Positions 40,297 through 51,032 are shown, counted from the first letter of the stretch. The stretch: 64,000 nt of DNA from Caldisericia bacterium (GCA_963674785.1 OY771555.1:1024001-1088000); one strand, 5' to 3'. Numbers and translations are program-made. The notes: generated from the sequence alone by a model not told the origin.

Positions 40297-40324
40297 TTGA
40301 AAAGTGCCTGCACACTGCTATAAT
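40297..40324 (+). promoter_or_regulatory. dnaN promoter
   Basis: TTGAAA-16-TATAAT with extended TG. Confidence 0.6.
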
Positions 40325-40345
40325 CACGTTTCCGGAGGTGTCTCT

Positions 40346-41440
40346 ATGAAACTTAATGTAAAAAAAGCCGATGTTTTTGGAGCGGTGTCAGCTGTTGCAA
40401 CAGTTATCCCAAGAAATCCATCGATTCAACTTCTTGGAAATATTTTATTTGAAGCTCGTGACGGTAAGGTATTTTTTACAGGAACCGACATGGAAACATG
40501 GGTTCGAATCGAAGTTTCGGCAGAGATTACAGAAGAAGGAGAGATTACAGTCCCTTCAAGAATCTTTACCGATCTTATTTCAAGCCTTCCCGGTGAAGAT
40601 ATAACCATAACTCTTGAAGAGGGTCAGATGAAGATTGAAGCTGGTGACTCTCACTCGACTCTTAACTGTATGCCAAGCCACGAATACCCAACCATTCCAG
40701 AGATTACTTCTGGTGAATCGGTCATATTGGATAGAGACGTACTCCTTGATATTGTCGGTAAGGTTACGCCATCGATCTCAGATAGACTCGAGGATAAAAG
40801 AGAGCAGCTTGGTGCACTCATCTCTGTTGAAGATGGAAACTTGAATCTCGTTGCAACTGATAACTACAGGCTTGCAATTTGCAAAGAACCAGTTAATACA
40901 TCTGCAAACATTAGCGCAATTGTTGCAGGAACAGTTTGGAAAAACCTTTTCAAACTTGTTGGTTCAGGTGAATCTTCAGAAATAAAACTTATTTTCACAC
41001 CATCCCAGGTTGGGTTCAAGTTCGGGGATGTTGAACTTGTAAGCAGACTCATTGATGGAGAGTTCCCGCCATATAAACACGTCATTCCAACAAACTTTGA
41101 TAAAACTGCAATCATTCCTTCCGATGAATTCCTTGCAGCACTCAATCGTGTAAATATCATTGTCAAACAGGGAAACAGAAAAGTAACCCTTGTCTTCTCT
41201 GAAAATAAGCTCGTTTGCAAGGGAATCGCTCCAGAGTATGGTGAAGTTGAGGAGACACTCGAAATTGAAACTGGTGCTGCAGAGCTAGAAGTTTCAATGA
41301 ATCTTAAAAAGCTTGTTGATGGAATCAGATGTGCAGATAGTCCAAAGGTGCAGATCAACACAAATGGAGTCATGCAGCCAATCCTTCTTCAACCAGAGGG
41401 TTCTGATTCATTCATCTATGTGCTAGTAACCCAAAGATAG
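40346..41440 (+). CDS. dnaN: DNA polymerase III beta clamp
   Basis: GTDME, LVATDNYRLA, SRLIDGEFPPY; GGAGG RBS. Confidence 0.95.
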   Translation: MKLNVKKADVFGAVSAVATVIPRNPSIQLLGNILFEARDGKVFFTGTDMETWVRIEVSAEITEEGEITVPSRIFTDLISSLPGEDITITLEEGQMKIEAGDSHSTLNCMPSHEYPTIPEITSGESVILDRDVLLDIVGKVTPSISDRLEDKREQLGALISVEDGNLNLVATDNYRLAICKEPVNTSANISAIVAGTVWKNLFKLVGSGESSEIKLIFTPSQVGFKFGDVELVSRLIDGEFPPYKHVIPTNFDKTAIIPSDEFLAALNRVNIIVKQGNRKVTLVFSENKLVCKGIAPEYGEVEETLEIETGAAELEVSMNLKKLVDGIRCADSPKVQINTNGVMQPILLQPEGSDSFIYVLVTQR

Positions 41441-41443
41441 CCT

Positions 41444-42454
41444 TTGATTAAAACACTTGAGACTTCAGGATTTAGGATTTTCGATGACCTAAAGGTGGAG
41501 CTGAAGCCGGGTTTAAACATAATTTCTGGTGAAAATGCCACAGGTAAAACCTCTGCTCTTGAGGCTGTTGGTTATTGTCTCCGAGGTAAATCAATTCTCT
41601 CATCAAAAGATTTTGATGTAGTCACCTTCGGTAAAGACTACTTCAGAATAATGCTCGAATTTGAGAGATCATTCAAAGAGACGATCACGGTTTTTTGGGA
41701 TGGAAGAAAAAGAATTTCGATTGGAGAGAAACCAGTTCGTTCTGCCAGGGAGCTGATGAGAAGATTCAAGGTTGTTTTTGTTGGGCCAAAATCGGTTGAC
41801 ATCGCTCTTGGTTCGCCATCTCTTCGTAGAGGATTTCTCGATGAAACAGCAAGTCAGATGAATCCTGAGTGGGCTGAGACAATCTCTGAGTATCGGGCAA
41901 CCGTGAAGGATAGAAATTCACTTCTTAGCAATGAGTTTATTGATTATGATCTTCTTGAAGTTTTGACGAGACAGATTATAAAGATCGGCACAGATCTTCG
42001 TGCAATCAGGAGAGCGGTTGCAGAAGATATTAACTCAAAAGTAACCGCTGACGATATCGAGGTACTCATAGATGATTCAAAGGAGCTTTCAAAAGAGACT
42101 TTCGGTGAAAAGCTGTATCTTGAGAAAATCAGGAAGTCAACATTGATTGGACCACATCGAGACGACTGCTATTTTGTTTACAGAGGTAATAGAGTTGAAA
42201 AGTTTGCATCAACGGGTGAAGCACGTAGAATCACGATGGTTTTAAAACTTGCGAGCGCAAATATGATCTCAGAAAAAAGTGGTATTGAACCGGTGATTTT
42301 GGCGGATGACCTTCTTGCTGAACTCGATGAAAAGAATTCACTTCTGGCACTTGAGAAACTGAGAGAGTTTTCTCAGGTAATACTGACAAATGCAGGAAGC
42401 AACCCACCAGGTGATTATAATTTGATAAGGACTGAAGAATGGCAAAACCGGTAG
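41444..42454 (+). CDS. recF: DNA replication/repair protein RecF
   Basis: GENATGKTS, GSPSLRRGFLD, GPHRDD, FASTGE, ILADDLLAELD. Confidence 0.92.
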   Translation: MIKTLETSGFRIFDDLKVELKPGLNIISGENATGKTSALEAVGYCLRGKSILSSKDFDVVTFGKDYFRIMLEFERSFKETITVFWDGRKRISIGEKPVRSARELMRRFKVVFVGPKSVDIALGSPSLRRGFLDETASQMNPEWAETISEYRATVKDRNSLLSNEFIDYDLLEVLTRQIIKIGTDLRAIRRAVAEDINSKVTADDIEVLIDDSKELSKETFGEKLYLEKIRKSTLIGPHRDDCYFVYRGNRVEKFASTGEARRITMVLKLASANMISEKSGIEPVILADDLLAELDEKNSLLALEKLREFSQVILTNAGSNPPGDYNLIRTEEWQNR

Positions 42455-42882
42455 CATTAATAGAGGTAATCAAGGGAATAAAAAAGAAATTCCCAGTATC
42501 AATCAATGCTACTGCAGTTGTCCCCATCTGGAAACTGGTGGTCGGTGAAAAACTTGCAAATCACTGCAAACCGGTGGGTTACAAGGGTGGAAAACTTCAG
42601 GTCATCTGTTCCAGTGCTTTGTGGGCATCTGTACTCATGAGCAGTGAAACGATGATAATTGAGAAAATCAAAATCAAAACGGGTTCAGATTTGATTCAGG
42701 GATTTTCAACAGTAATCAGGGATGTTAAACAAGAACCGGGTAAAGAAACAAAAAAGATTCCGTTGAAGCCGTTGACGGAAGAAATGGTTGTAAGGTCGGA
42801 GGAGTTATCTGAATCTCTACCAGATGAACTAAAGGAATCATTTCAGAGGGCATATATAACACAAAAAAGATCACCATTGTAG
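42439..42882 (+). CDS. DUF721/DciA-family protein
   Basis: W..VVGEKLA.H..P...GKLQV...SALWA; follows recF. Confidence 0.82.
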   Translation: MAKPVALIEVIKGIKKKFPVSINATAVVPIWKLVVGEKLANHCKPVGYKGGKLQVICSSALWASVLMSSETMIIEKIKIKTGSDLIQGFSTVIRDVKQEPGKETKKIPLKPLTEEMVVRSEELSESLPDELKESFQRAYITQKRSPL

Positions 42883-42908
42883 GTGTAAAAAATTACTGGG
42901 GGTGCAGT

Positions 42909-45428
42909 GTGAAGAAGATTGGTTTGGTGTTGGTTTGCTTGGTTATTCTTACGGTTCTTGCTGGGTGTCAAAAAGGGGATATGATCGATTTTCTAAGTTC
43001 CAATTACGAAGTTTTTGATTATCGACTTCTATCTGATGAAATTCCAGACGTTCCAAAGTGTGATAAGGTTTGGACTCCGAAAGGATTTATGGGGTTTGGG
43101 CAACTTCAACAAAAGTGGGTGAATGAAATTGATTATGGCGACAGATGGGAAGGAATAAGTGATGTAGATGTTTACCCTGACTCCTGGGGTCAACTTGATC
43201 CGGAAACTGGGAAATATCTTGGGTCACCTTCCCAACAGGCTAATGGGAGTATTGTTGATGGTGTTATCGATGAATTTTCATTTAGCCAAGGTTTCACTGA
43301 CGAAAAGTATAAAATTGAAAAAACGTATGGTGGGCACATGAGTACCATTGCCATGGTTGTCAAAGATTACGAAACAAACGAGATTCTTTGGAGAAAAAGT
43401 ATTGGAACCGATTTTGAATCTCTTGTTGTTTCGAATTCTTTGATTTTTATTAAAACTGATTTGGGAGGTGGTTATATCGCAAGGTTGAATCCAGAGACTG
43501 GCGAAGAGATTTGGTCACTGAATCTGCAGATTTTTCAATCAATCGATGCCCAGATATTTGATGATAAAATTGTTTTTGTGCTTGGTGCCCCAAACCTTGA
43601 CAAAACCATTATTTGTTTGATTGATCCTGAAACTGGTTCATATATGGAAAAAGAAGTAAGTTTTTCAAATATTGAATCATTCATCTGTTTAGATAATAAA
43701 ATATGGCTTTTCGATGCTTGTTCAAATTATTGCATCTTTGATATGCATGATGAAAGCATTTTAACCGGAGACCTGGGGTTTGAAACGGATTTCATGTTGG
43801 CAAATGATAAACATGAAAGAATCAAAGTTATCGATAATTTATTGCTCATAAAGCTTTTGAAACCAGATGAGTACGATTCATATTATATGCTTTTTGACAC
43901 AAAATCGAAAAAACGAGAATTCCTCGAATATGAATATGTGGATGTTGTAAATGGTGCTCTTGTTGCTTGCAATGAAGAGACGATTTTTGAGCTAAGTCCT
44001 GATTCTTTGAGCAGAATTTGGTGGGTAAAAAGAACCGATGAAATGGATTTTAATCCGAATCCACAATACTATGACTCAAAACCTTCGGTTCTCTGGTGTG
44101 ATGATAGAGGAGTACTTATTGTTGGTGGGGGCAAGCTCTTTTGCTATGATCAAGAGGACTCTCTGTCAAAAGTTATTAGCCAGAATGAAAATGGTCTTGT
44201 TGCGACATTCCCCGAAGGGTGGAGTTTTTCAAGTGATTCTGATGAGATAGATGACAAGATAATCAGGCTTCAAGAAATTGTCCCAAACTCAGAAAAACTC
44301 GAAATTTATGTACCAGAAAAGTTTGATGGTGAAGGGGTGCTTTCAAAAAAATGGGAGATAGATTTGGGTACTGGTAAACATTTTGTTGAAGATATGTTCG
44401 GTTCTCAGAAATTTGATTTCCTAGCTCTTAATGATACCTGGTGTTTCAAAAAAGATTACTTGGATAAAGAGGGAGACTGGGAAAGCAGGAAAGAACTAAG
44501 TTTTGCAATTAACCCCGAAACAGGGGACTATAAAGAAACCCAAACAAGATACGGAATAACAGATGGGAAAACTGTTTGGGTGGATGATTATTGTGGTGGA
44601 TGCCTTGAAAGAACACTTTGTTGGAAACCTGATGTTGGAGATATTTGGGTTGGCAAGGAGTTTGATGAAGGAGAAGGGCTTTTTAATCGCGATGATTTTT
44701 ACATTGTCTCTGGAAAACTACTCTTTGTTGGAAAAAAGACTTGGAATGGATTACGTTCAGAAAAAATATCATTAATGGATCCATGGACAGGTAAAAGGGA
44801 ATGGGAGTTCTCGACATCAAATGAGATTCTTAGGGTGTTTTCTCTCCCTTTAAGTAATTCAATACTCTTGGAGACGGGATATGCAGAAAATATAGGTATT
44901 GGCGAACATACTTATATCTATGAATATTTTGTTTTAGATATTAATAATCTTATTATGAAAAAAGTTTTTGATGGTGAGAATTTTTTTGTCTTTAAAGTTG
45001 ATGATGATGTTTTTGCAATGACCAATGGTGAATTATTCAGGTTTTCAAATGACTTCGAAAAACTTGAAAAAATCACTGATTATGACCAGGATTTTAGACC
45101 CATCACTGATAGAAGAAAATTCTGGAATAATGCAGCAGGAACGTATATCTTGGTTGAAAGCTGGAAGAATCAAACTCTTCCACCTGAACTTATGAATACT
45201 GAAACAGGTGAAAAAAAGCCCCTGGGTTTTTCAAGCCAAATGATTATCAATGGGTGTCTTGTTGCAAGTGATGGCAGGAGATTGTTCTCGCTTAACCCAG
45301 AGAACCTCAATCCAGTTTGGAAGATAGAATGTGATAACCTTGGTAAAAATCCTGAAGTCATTTGGCAGGATGAACGTGGAGTTCTTATCATGAGTGATAG
45401 TAAACTCACTTGCTTTGGTGGAAATTAG
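42909..45428 (+). CDS. Lipoprotein with two PQQ-like beta-propeller modules
   Basis: Lipobox LAGC; LDPETG..W repeats; both halves end in W.D.RGVLI...KL.C. Confidence 0.75.
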   Translation: MKKIGLVLVCLVILTVLAGCQKGDMIDFLSSNYEVFDYRLLSDEIPDVPKCDKVWTPKGFMGFGQLQQKWVNEIDYGDRWEGISDVDVYPDSWGQLDPETGKYLGSPSQQANGSIVDGVIDEFSFSQGFTDEKYKIEKTYGGHMSTIAMVVKDYETNEILWRKSIGTDFESLVVSNSLIFIKTDLGGGYIARLNPETGEEIWSLNLQIFQSIDAQIFDDKIVFVLGAPNLDKTIICLIDPETGSYMEKEVSFSNIESFICLDNKIWLFDACSNYCIFDMHDESILTGDLGFETDFMLANDKHERIKVIDNLLLIKLLKPDEYDSYYMLFDTKSKKREFLEYEYVDVVNGALVACNEETIFELSPDSLSRIWWVKRTDEMDFNPNPQYYDSKPSVLWCDDRGVLIVGGGKLFCYDQEDSLSKVISQNENGLVATFPEGWSFSSDSDEIDDKIIRLQEIVPNSEKLEIYVPEKFDGEGVLSKKWEIDLGTGKHFVEDMFGSQKFDFLALNDTWCFKKDYLDKEGDWESRKELSFAINPETGDYKETQTRYGITDGKTVWVDDYCGGCLERTLCWKPDVGDIWVGKEFDEGEGLFNRDDFYIVSGKLLFVGKKTWNGLRSEKISLMDPWTGKREWEFSTSNEILRVFSLPLSNSILLETGYAENIGIGEHTYIYEYFVLDINNLIMKKVFDGENFFVFKVDDDVFAMTNGELFRFSNDFEKLEKITDYDQDFRPITDRRKFWNNAAGTYILVESWKNQTLPPELMNTETGEKKPLGFSSQMIINGCLVASDGRRLFSLNPENLNPVWKIECDNLGKNPEVIWQDERGVLIMSDSKLTCFGGN

Positions 45429-45440
45429 GGGAGGTGTAAA

Positions 45441-48017
45441 ATGAAAAATACTGTAATTTTAAGCATTTGTTTTATGATGTTGTTTTCATTGATTGGGTGT
45501 GGCGGAATCCAGGAGAAAGCTGGCGAAACTGTAGTTAAGATAAGCATTCCGGAGAGTGAAAACGAATCTGGCAATGAGATTGATTCAGATACTTCACTTT
45601 CAGGGAGATGGTATGGAACTGGTGAACGAGAAAACATATTTAGTTATGGAAGATCATGGATTCGTGATATAGAAATTGATAAGTATGGAAGAGCACATCT
45701 TTTGTATGAGTTATCCACAAAAATATATCCCATCAAGAATACATTGGTTTATGCTGTAAAGAACGGATTGGATTGGGTCTCCTTGGATGATGAACTCATA
45801 AATGAAATAGCCTACCCACACTTTATTAGTGAGAACTTCAGCGAAAACCAAGATTTTCCTGGAAGAATGAGACTTGATAGTAAAGGACGAACCCATTTTT
45901 TCGATGGTTCATTATATCTGATTTGGAATGGACTTGGTTGGGAAAGACTTGATGGAACAAGGGCTTACTCGAGCAATGTGATAAAACCATTTATTTCTAT
46001 CCCAAGTGAAATCTTTTGGGAGTTAGATTCAAAAGATCATCCGCATGTTATTTATCAAAGCGAAAAAGCAATTCACTACGTAAGGTGGAATGGAAAAAAC
46101 TGGGTCACCTCAGACAACAATCTGTACGATGAGGAATCCAATAATGGATTCATTCTTGAACCAAAAGGCAAAATCTATGATTTGAAATTCTATCTTGATG
46201 ATGATACTCCAAAACTTCTCTGGAAAGTCTCAGGTTATGACAAGCCTGGAGTTCTTTGTGGAATAAAAAAATCTGAATCAGATTGGGTGAACATGTATGG
46301 TGCTGACCCTCAGGATTTTGAAATTTTTGATTATTCAGGGGAAAACCTGTTAGGATGGCAGGGAGTTTGGTGCTGGCTTGATTCAGAAAATAATCTTCAT
46401 CTTTCTTGGGGTAGAGAAGCAGATGAAAATGAAGAGTTTCCGGTGGAGTACTGCTACGCAAAATATGATGGAACAAGTTTTGAAAACTATCTTGGTGAGA
46501 AGTTGGATGAGAATTATGTGAATGCAGATGTTCCAGTTCACATTGACCATGTTGATGAAAGGGGTTTTCTATATCATGTTGAATATAAATACTGCGGAGA
46601 GACAGAAGCCTCTGGTTCTGACCTTGCACTGACAATCTGGAATGGAGAAAAATGGGTACGGGTTGATGGTATAGAGACTACTCCTGAGGGTGATGATAGT
46701 TGTATTTTTTATCGTAACTATGAAGGTGGTAGGGTTCCCACAGATTTGATAATAAAAACAAAGGGAAATAATTTCTATGTTGCTTGGCTACAATGGTCAA
46801 ATAGTATTGGGGTGAATTATAATCTGCATTTTATGGAGTGGATCGAGGAAGGATCTATTCCAAAAGATTTATATCCGAGAGAAAAGGAAATCGAAGAGAA
46901 TTTAGAAGAATTATCTGCCTTTGGTGACTGGAAAGCAAAACAATTTACCGGAAAAGGGGAACTCAAGCAAAAATGGGAGATTGAGGCACATTCAAAACCG
47001 ACTGAAAGGTATTACGGTGTGATGAGTGTTCCTGGAGGATGGTATATGGATACAAACAGATATTCTGTACTTGATGATAGATCATTAAAGAGAGTATTTA
47101 TCGATCCGGAGACGGGTGAAACCATGGAACCTATTCATGGAGACGTTCCAATGCCTGGAGTCACAGATGGCAGATATGTTTATGAGGATAGATGCCCTAT
47201 TTGTGGATTTGGTATGGAATGTTGGGACTTGGCGGATGGCAGTTCTGTTTGGAGTTATGATTATGCAACCCTTTTAGGCGGAAGATTCTACGAATCCTAT
47301 CTAGTAAACGAAATGCTGTTTGGCTTGGCTGTACCCGGTTCAATTATCCCAACTTTTGCAAGAATTGATAGAAAAACAGGGGAGATTGTTTGGAAGTATT
47401 CGTTTGATGGAAAAAAACTGATTGATTATTCATTCTCAAAAAAATATATGTTCCTTCTTTTTGATGATTCAAAAATTGTAAAAATAAATCTTGAAACTAG
47501 TGACTTAGAGGATGTAGAAACAAATACTTCGAATATTGCCGCTATAAATGGTGACAGGAATATTTTGTATACTCTCGATACAATCGGCAATCTAAAACAG
47601 TTTTTTGATGATGATATTCGAGAATCTAGGATTGTGGAGGGAACTATAGAAAAATCTGAACTGTGGCAGGTATTCATCAAACAACATGGGATAATAAATG
47701 AAACAAGTATTGATCCTATAGGTGATTCACATCTTTTGGTGACAATCGAAAGAAGTGATCATAGTCTCAATTATTTCGTTGTGCCAACAAACACACTCGA
47801 GCCGATTATGCTGGAAGGTACCGTAATAAAGGTTGGCGATCAAATGGTCGTGTATGCTCCAGAGATAATTTCTGCAGTTGATCCTGAAACATTGGAGCCG
47901 ATTTGGTGGATTCAAAGGTCTGAAGAAATGGGAATTGATCCAAAGGTAATATTGACTGATAATTACGGAGTTCTTATTCTAACAGAAAAGAAACTCATCT
48001 GTTTCGATTCTGAATAA
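45441..48017 (+). CDS. Mosaic lipoprotein: LDS..PH propeller plus PQQ-like propeller
   Basis: Lipobox LIGC; N-half repeats resemble 9918-11861 and C-half resembles 42909-45428. Confidence 0.75.
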   Translation: MKNTVILSICFMMLFSLIGCGGIQEKAGETVVKISIPESENESGNEIDSDTSLSGRWYGTGERENIFSYGRSWIRDIEIDKYGRAHLLYELSTKIYPIKNTLVYAVKNGLDWVSLDDELINEIAYPHFISENFSENQDFPGRMRLDSKGRTHFFDGSLYLIWNGLGWERLDGTRAYSSNVIKPFISIPSEIFWELDSKDHPHVIYQSEKAIHYVRWNGKNWVTSDNNLYDEESNNGFILEPKGKIYDLKFYLDDDTPKLLWKVSGYDKPGVLCGIKKSESDWVNMYGADPQDFEIFDYSGENLLGWQGVWCWLDSENNLHLSWGREADENEEFPVEYCYAKYDGTSFENYLGEKLDENYVNADVPVHIDHVDERGFLYHVEYKYCGETEASGSDLALTIWNGEKWVRVDGIETTPEGDDSCIFYRNYEGGRVPTDLIIKTKGNNFYVAWLQWSNSIGVNYNLHFMEWIEEGSIPKDLYPREKEIEENLEELSAFGDWKAKQFTGKGELKQKWEIEAHSKPTERYYGVMSVPGGWYMDTNRYSVLDDRSLKRVFIDPETGETMEPIHGDVPMPGVTDGRYVYEDRCPICGFGMECWDLADGSSVWSYDYATLLGGRFYESYLVNEMLFGLAVPGSIIPTFARIDRKTGEIVWKYSFDGKKLIDYSFSKKYMFLLFDDSKIVKINLETSDLEDVETNTSNIAAINGDRNILYTLDTIGNLKQFFDDDIRESRIVEGTIEKSELWQVFIKQHGIINETSIDPIGDSHLLVTIERSDHSLNYFVVPTNTLEPIMLEGTVIKVGDQMVVYAPEIISAVDPETLEPIWWIQRSEEMGIDPKVILTDNYGVLILTEKKLICFDSE

Positions 48018-48060
48018 CCACATGCTTTACTCATCTTCAGTTTTATGCTAAAAACTAGAT

Positions 48061-48432
48061 ATGGAATTTGAAAACAAAAACGTAAACTTCGTTTTGAATA
48101 ATACTGGCTGGATTTCAATTGGGCTTGGTCTTGCTTCAATCCTCCTCTGGCATCTGCTCAAAATTGTCCCGTTTATGGGTATACTGACTCTTATAATTGC
48201 AGGGATTGGTCTGCTGTTTGGAGTTTTTGGACTTGGAAACAAAGATAAAAGATCACTTTCAATTGCAGGTATTGCGACATGTATTATTGCTGGAATAATA
48301 CATTTTGGATCAATTTGGCTATTGCTCTTGCTTGCGGTGTCAGCTTTTTTTGTTTTCTTTAGAAAACCCAGCAAAAAGCAGTCAGACCCAAATGAAATCT
48401 ACGATACTCAAGATGGAAGGTATTTGGATTAG
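48061..48432 (+). CDS. Small membrane protein
   Basis: 3-4 hydrophobic helices. Confidence 0.6.
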   Translation: MEFENKNVNFVLNNTGWISIGLGLASILLWHLLKIVPFMGILTLIIAGIGLLFGVFGLGNKDKRSLSIAGIATCIIAGIIHFGSIWLLLLLAVSAFFVFFRKPSKKQSDPNEIYDTQDGRYLD

Positions 48433-49454
48433 TTCTTTTTCACCTTTTTTGATTTAAAAAATACCTGAGAGTATCCACTGACGCAGACCGAACCACCAGG
48501 TAAGACAAAAACCTGGTCTATGTCTGGGTTTAGGTATCTATCTGAATTAAACTCAAAGTCCAAATCATAAAGCTCAAGTTTGTATGGCTTCAAGATTGCG
48601 TATCCATCATCTGCAACACCTATGTCTGTTATTTTTCCGATGATTTCAAGCTCGTTTGTGGCAAGACCTTCTTTGTCAACCTTTTTAATTATATTGTTCT
48701 CGGCAAAAATCATGCCATCAATAGTATCTCTTATCATTGTTGTCGGGTAGAATTCTTTTTCCCAGATTGCCGCTCCCGTTTCATAGTCAAGTGCGAGAAT
48801 GGAGTCTTTTGCCATTAAACACAGACACCATGTGAGATCAAAAAGCTGAAAGTAGCTTTTTTCATTGTGGGTTTCATACTCCCATACAAGCTGACCTTTC
48901 AAGTCCCTTGCTTGGATGACACCGTCTGTTGTTTGTGAAAATACCTTCCCATTTTTGTGAACAAATTCTGGGTAAGAATCTGGAATCTCAATGTCAATTC
49001 CGTCACCAAAGAATTTGTTTGTCGTCATTCTCCACCATCTGTCTTCAATCCAGATGGGAGCAGATGCCTCAATTTCACTCTTTGTGATTTGAAGAACCTG
49101 TTTATCCCTGCTGAGCCTTACAACCATTTCTATTCCTTCGGCTTCAAATCCACAGAGAAATTGGTTATTTCCGCCGGCAATCCATGTTGAATTCCAGGCT
49201 TTATCAACAGTTGTTGAATATCTCCAGTTTGGTTTCCCATCATCTGTGTTGATGGTAATCACGCTATCATATACAGGAATAGCCAGAAGATTTTCATAAA
49301 TAATAGATTTTCCCGTTGCATGGTAACCGGTGCTAGAAAGAGTCTCCAGGCTCAGAATGCTTGATTTTGGAATCTCATCGGTTTTTCCACCACAACCAGA
49401 TGCAAAGATAACAATGGAAACCAGAACAATAACAACATTTTTGAAAGTCTTCAT
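48429..49454 (-). CDS. PQQ-like beta-propeller lipoprotein
   Basis: Lipobox ASGC; ALDYETGAAIW; start MKTF 7 nt after TTGCAT-16-TAAAAT. Confidence 0.7.
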   Translation of the reverse strand: MKTFKNVVIVLVSIVIFASGCGGKTDEIPKSSILSLETLSSTGYHATGKSIIYENLLAIPVYDSVITINTDDGKPNWRYSTTVDKAWNSTWIAGGNNQFLCGFEAEGIEMVVRLSRDKQVLQITKSEIEASAPIWIEDRWWRMTTNKFFGDGIDIEIPDSYPEFVHKNGKVFSQTTDGVIQARDLKGQLVWEYETHNEKSYFQLFDLTWCLCLMAKDSILALDYETGAAIWEKEFYPTTMIRDTIDGMIFAENNIIKKVDKEGLATNELEIIGKITDIGVADDGYAILKPYKLELYDLDFEFNSDRYLNPDIDQVFVLPGGSVCVSGYSQVFFKSKKVKKN

Positions 49455-49516
49455 GAAATGGATTTTATTGAGTAAAAACACTTATGCAAGAGTATTGACC
49501 AAACCCAGTATATTTC

Positions 49517-50056
49517 TTAACGGGATGTTTTTTGGGGGCTATTACTCTTTCTTTTTTTGCCTTTGAATTTTCGAGCCTGGGCAATAGGTGGGAGTTTGGT
49601 TTTCATTTTTATTGTGCCACCAGAGCCACTATCTTTTCTCTTCTTGCCTTGATTGTTTCTTTTTTGTGATGGAGATTTTGTTTTTGTTTGCCAGTTTCCA
49701 AAGCCGATTTTTGGCGTTTCTGTGAGTTGACCAGGTTTCCAGTTATGAATGTCAGGTTGAGCGGACTGGGGTTTATTTGCTCTTGCAGATGGTGCTTTTG
49801 TCTTTCCGGGTGTAAAGTTTTTTTGATGCCAAGTAAACATTGATGTGGACGAGGAAAAATCTGATGGAGGTTCATCAAGATCAAGATCAGGATTTGAAAC
49901 ATCAAAAAAGTATGGTGGACCAGAGAGTTTATTTATGCCAGTTTCATTAAGTATTATTCTGTTATCTTCTACCTGCTCAGCCCATCCCTGCGATACACAG
50001 TACTCCGCAAGCATTCTCCCGAGGCTCTCAAAATCAAGTTCAATAATTTTCTTCAC
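49517..50056 (-). CDS. Hypothetical protein with small folded N-terminus and basic disordered tail
   Basis: K/R/P/S-rich C-terminus; TTGAAT-16-TAATCT promoter 7 nt before GTG. Confidence 0.6.
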   Translation of the reverse strand: MKKIIELDFESLGRMLAEYCVSQGWAEQVEDNRIILNETGINKLSGPPYFFDVSNPDLDLDEPPSDFSSSTSMFTWHQKNFTPGKTKAPSARANKPQSAQPDIHNWKPGQLTETPKIGFGNWQTKTKSPSQKRNNQGKKRKDSGSGGTIKMKTKLPPIAQARKFKGKKRKSNSPQKTSR

Positions 50057-50203
50057 GCCACTAAGATTAACACCCCTTGCAACTTATTCAAGGTCGACAG
50101 CTAAAATATCTTGTAGAAATGATATTTTTTTACATTAATGAACAAATACACAAGTTAGATTGTAGTATGTGAAAACGGAAGCTTATAAAGGAGGCAACCA
50201 TAA

Positions 50204-50962
50204 ATGAAGAAAAATACGCTTATTTTGACAGTAGCCATAATCGTGGGATCGATTCTAGTGGGAACGCTGGGAGCATTTGGAGTGGCAGGAGCAGCAAGTA
50301 CACCTGAGGATAATGATTGTGATTCACCAAGAATTATCTCTGTAAATGGAACTGGTGTTGTGACAGTAAAACCTGATAAATTCACAATCAGTTTTACTTT
50401 TTGGACACAGACAAAGTCGGCAAGGGATGCACAGCAGACAAATGATAAGAAAGCAAATGATCTGATCGATGCACTCAAAGATGCTGGTGTTAAAGAGGAT
50501 GACATGGTGACTTCCGGTTACAGACTTGATACCGCCTATGAGTGGAATCAGGACACAAGAAAGAATGAACTTGTGGGATACAGAGCCAGTTACACTCTTG
50601 TTGTGACAACCTATGATCTTGCAGACATGGGAGAGATGATCGACCTTGCAACATCAAATGGTGTCAACAACATCGGATCAATCCAGTATGGTGTAAAAGA
50701 CAGAGAAGCACTAGCAACTGAAGCTCTCAAGCTTGCAATGCAGGATGCAAAAGCAAAAGCAAACCTCGCACTTGGTGAGTATGATCTTGAAGTGCTCAAG
50801 GTTAGAAACATTTATCTTAATACTTATGAACCAATCGGTGGTACATATGAAGAAAACAGTAAAATGAGAGGCGTCGCTGCTGAGGATTCCTCAGTTGCTC
50901 CAACAATCATTTCTGGTGATCTCACCCATTCAGTAAATGTTTCAGTAGAGTTTGAATTTTAA
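50204..50962 (+). CDS. SIMPL (DUF541) domain protein
   Basis: ISVNGTG.V.VKPD, LKDAGV, AMQDAKAKA, VSVEFE. Confidence 0.9.
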   Translation: MKKNTLILTVAIIVGSILVGTLGAFGVAGAASTPEDNDCDSPRIISVNGTGVVTVKPDKFTISFTFWTQTKSARDAQQTNDKKANDLIDALKDAGVKEDDMVTSGYRLDTAYEWNQDTRKNELVGYRASYTLVVTTYDLADMGEMIDLATSNGVNNIGSIQYGVKDREALATEALKLAMQDAKAKANLALGEYDLEVLKVRNIYLNTYEPIGGTYEENSKMRGVAAEDSSVAPTIISGDLTHSVNVSVEFEF

Positions 50963-50997
50963 TCGATAGTTTTTAAATTTTATCACTCTCTTTTATT

Positions 50998-51032
50998 AAA
51001 AGGGGCACAGGTTTTGTCTGTGCCCCTTTTTT
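50998..51032 (+). terminator. Rho-independent terminator
   Basis: AAAAGGGGCACAG-loop-CTGTGCCCCTTTTTT. Confidence 0.9.

Noticed and set aside
40152-40345. Possible oriC upstream of dnaN
   Set aside because: Only one DnaA box, no dnaA and no clear unwinding element. The same 9-mer also occurs inside a CDS at 45711.
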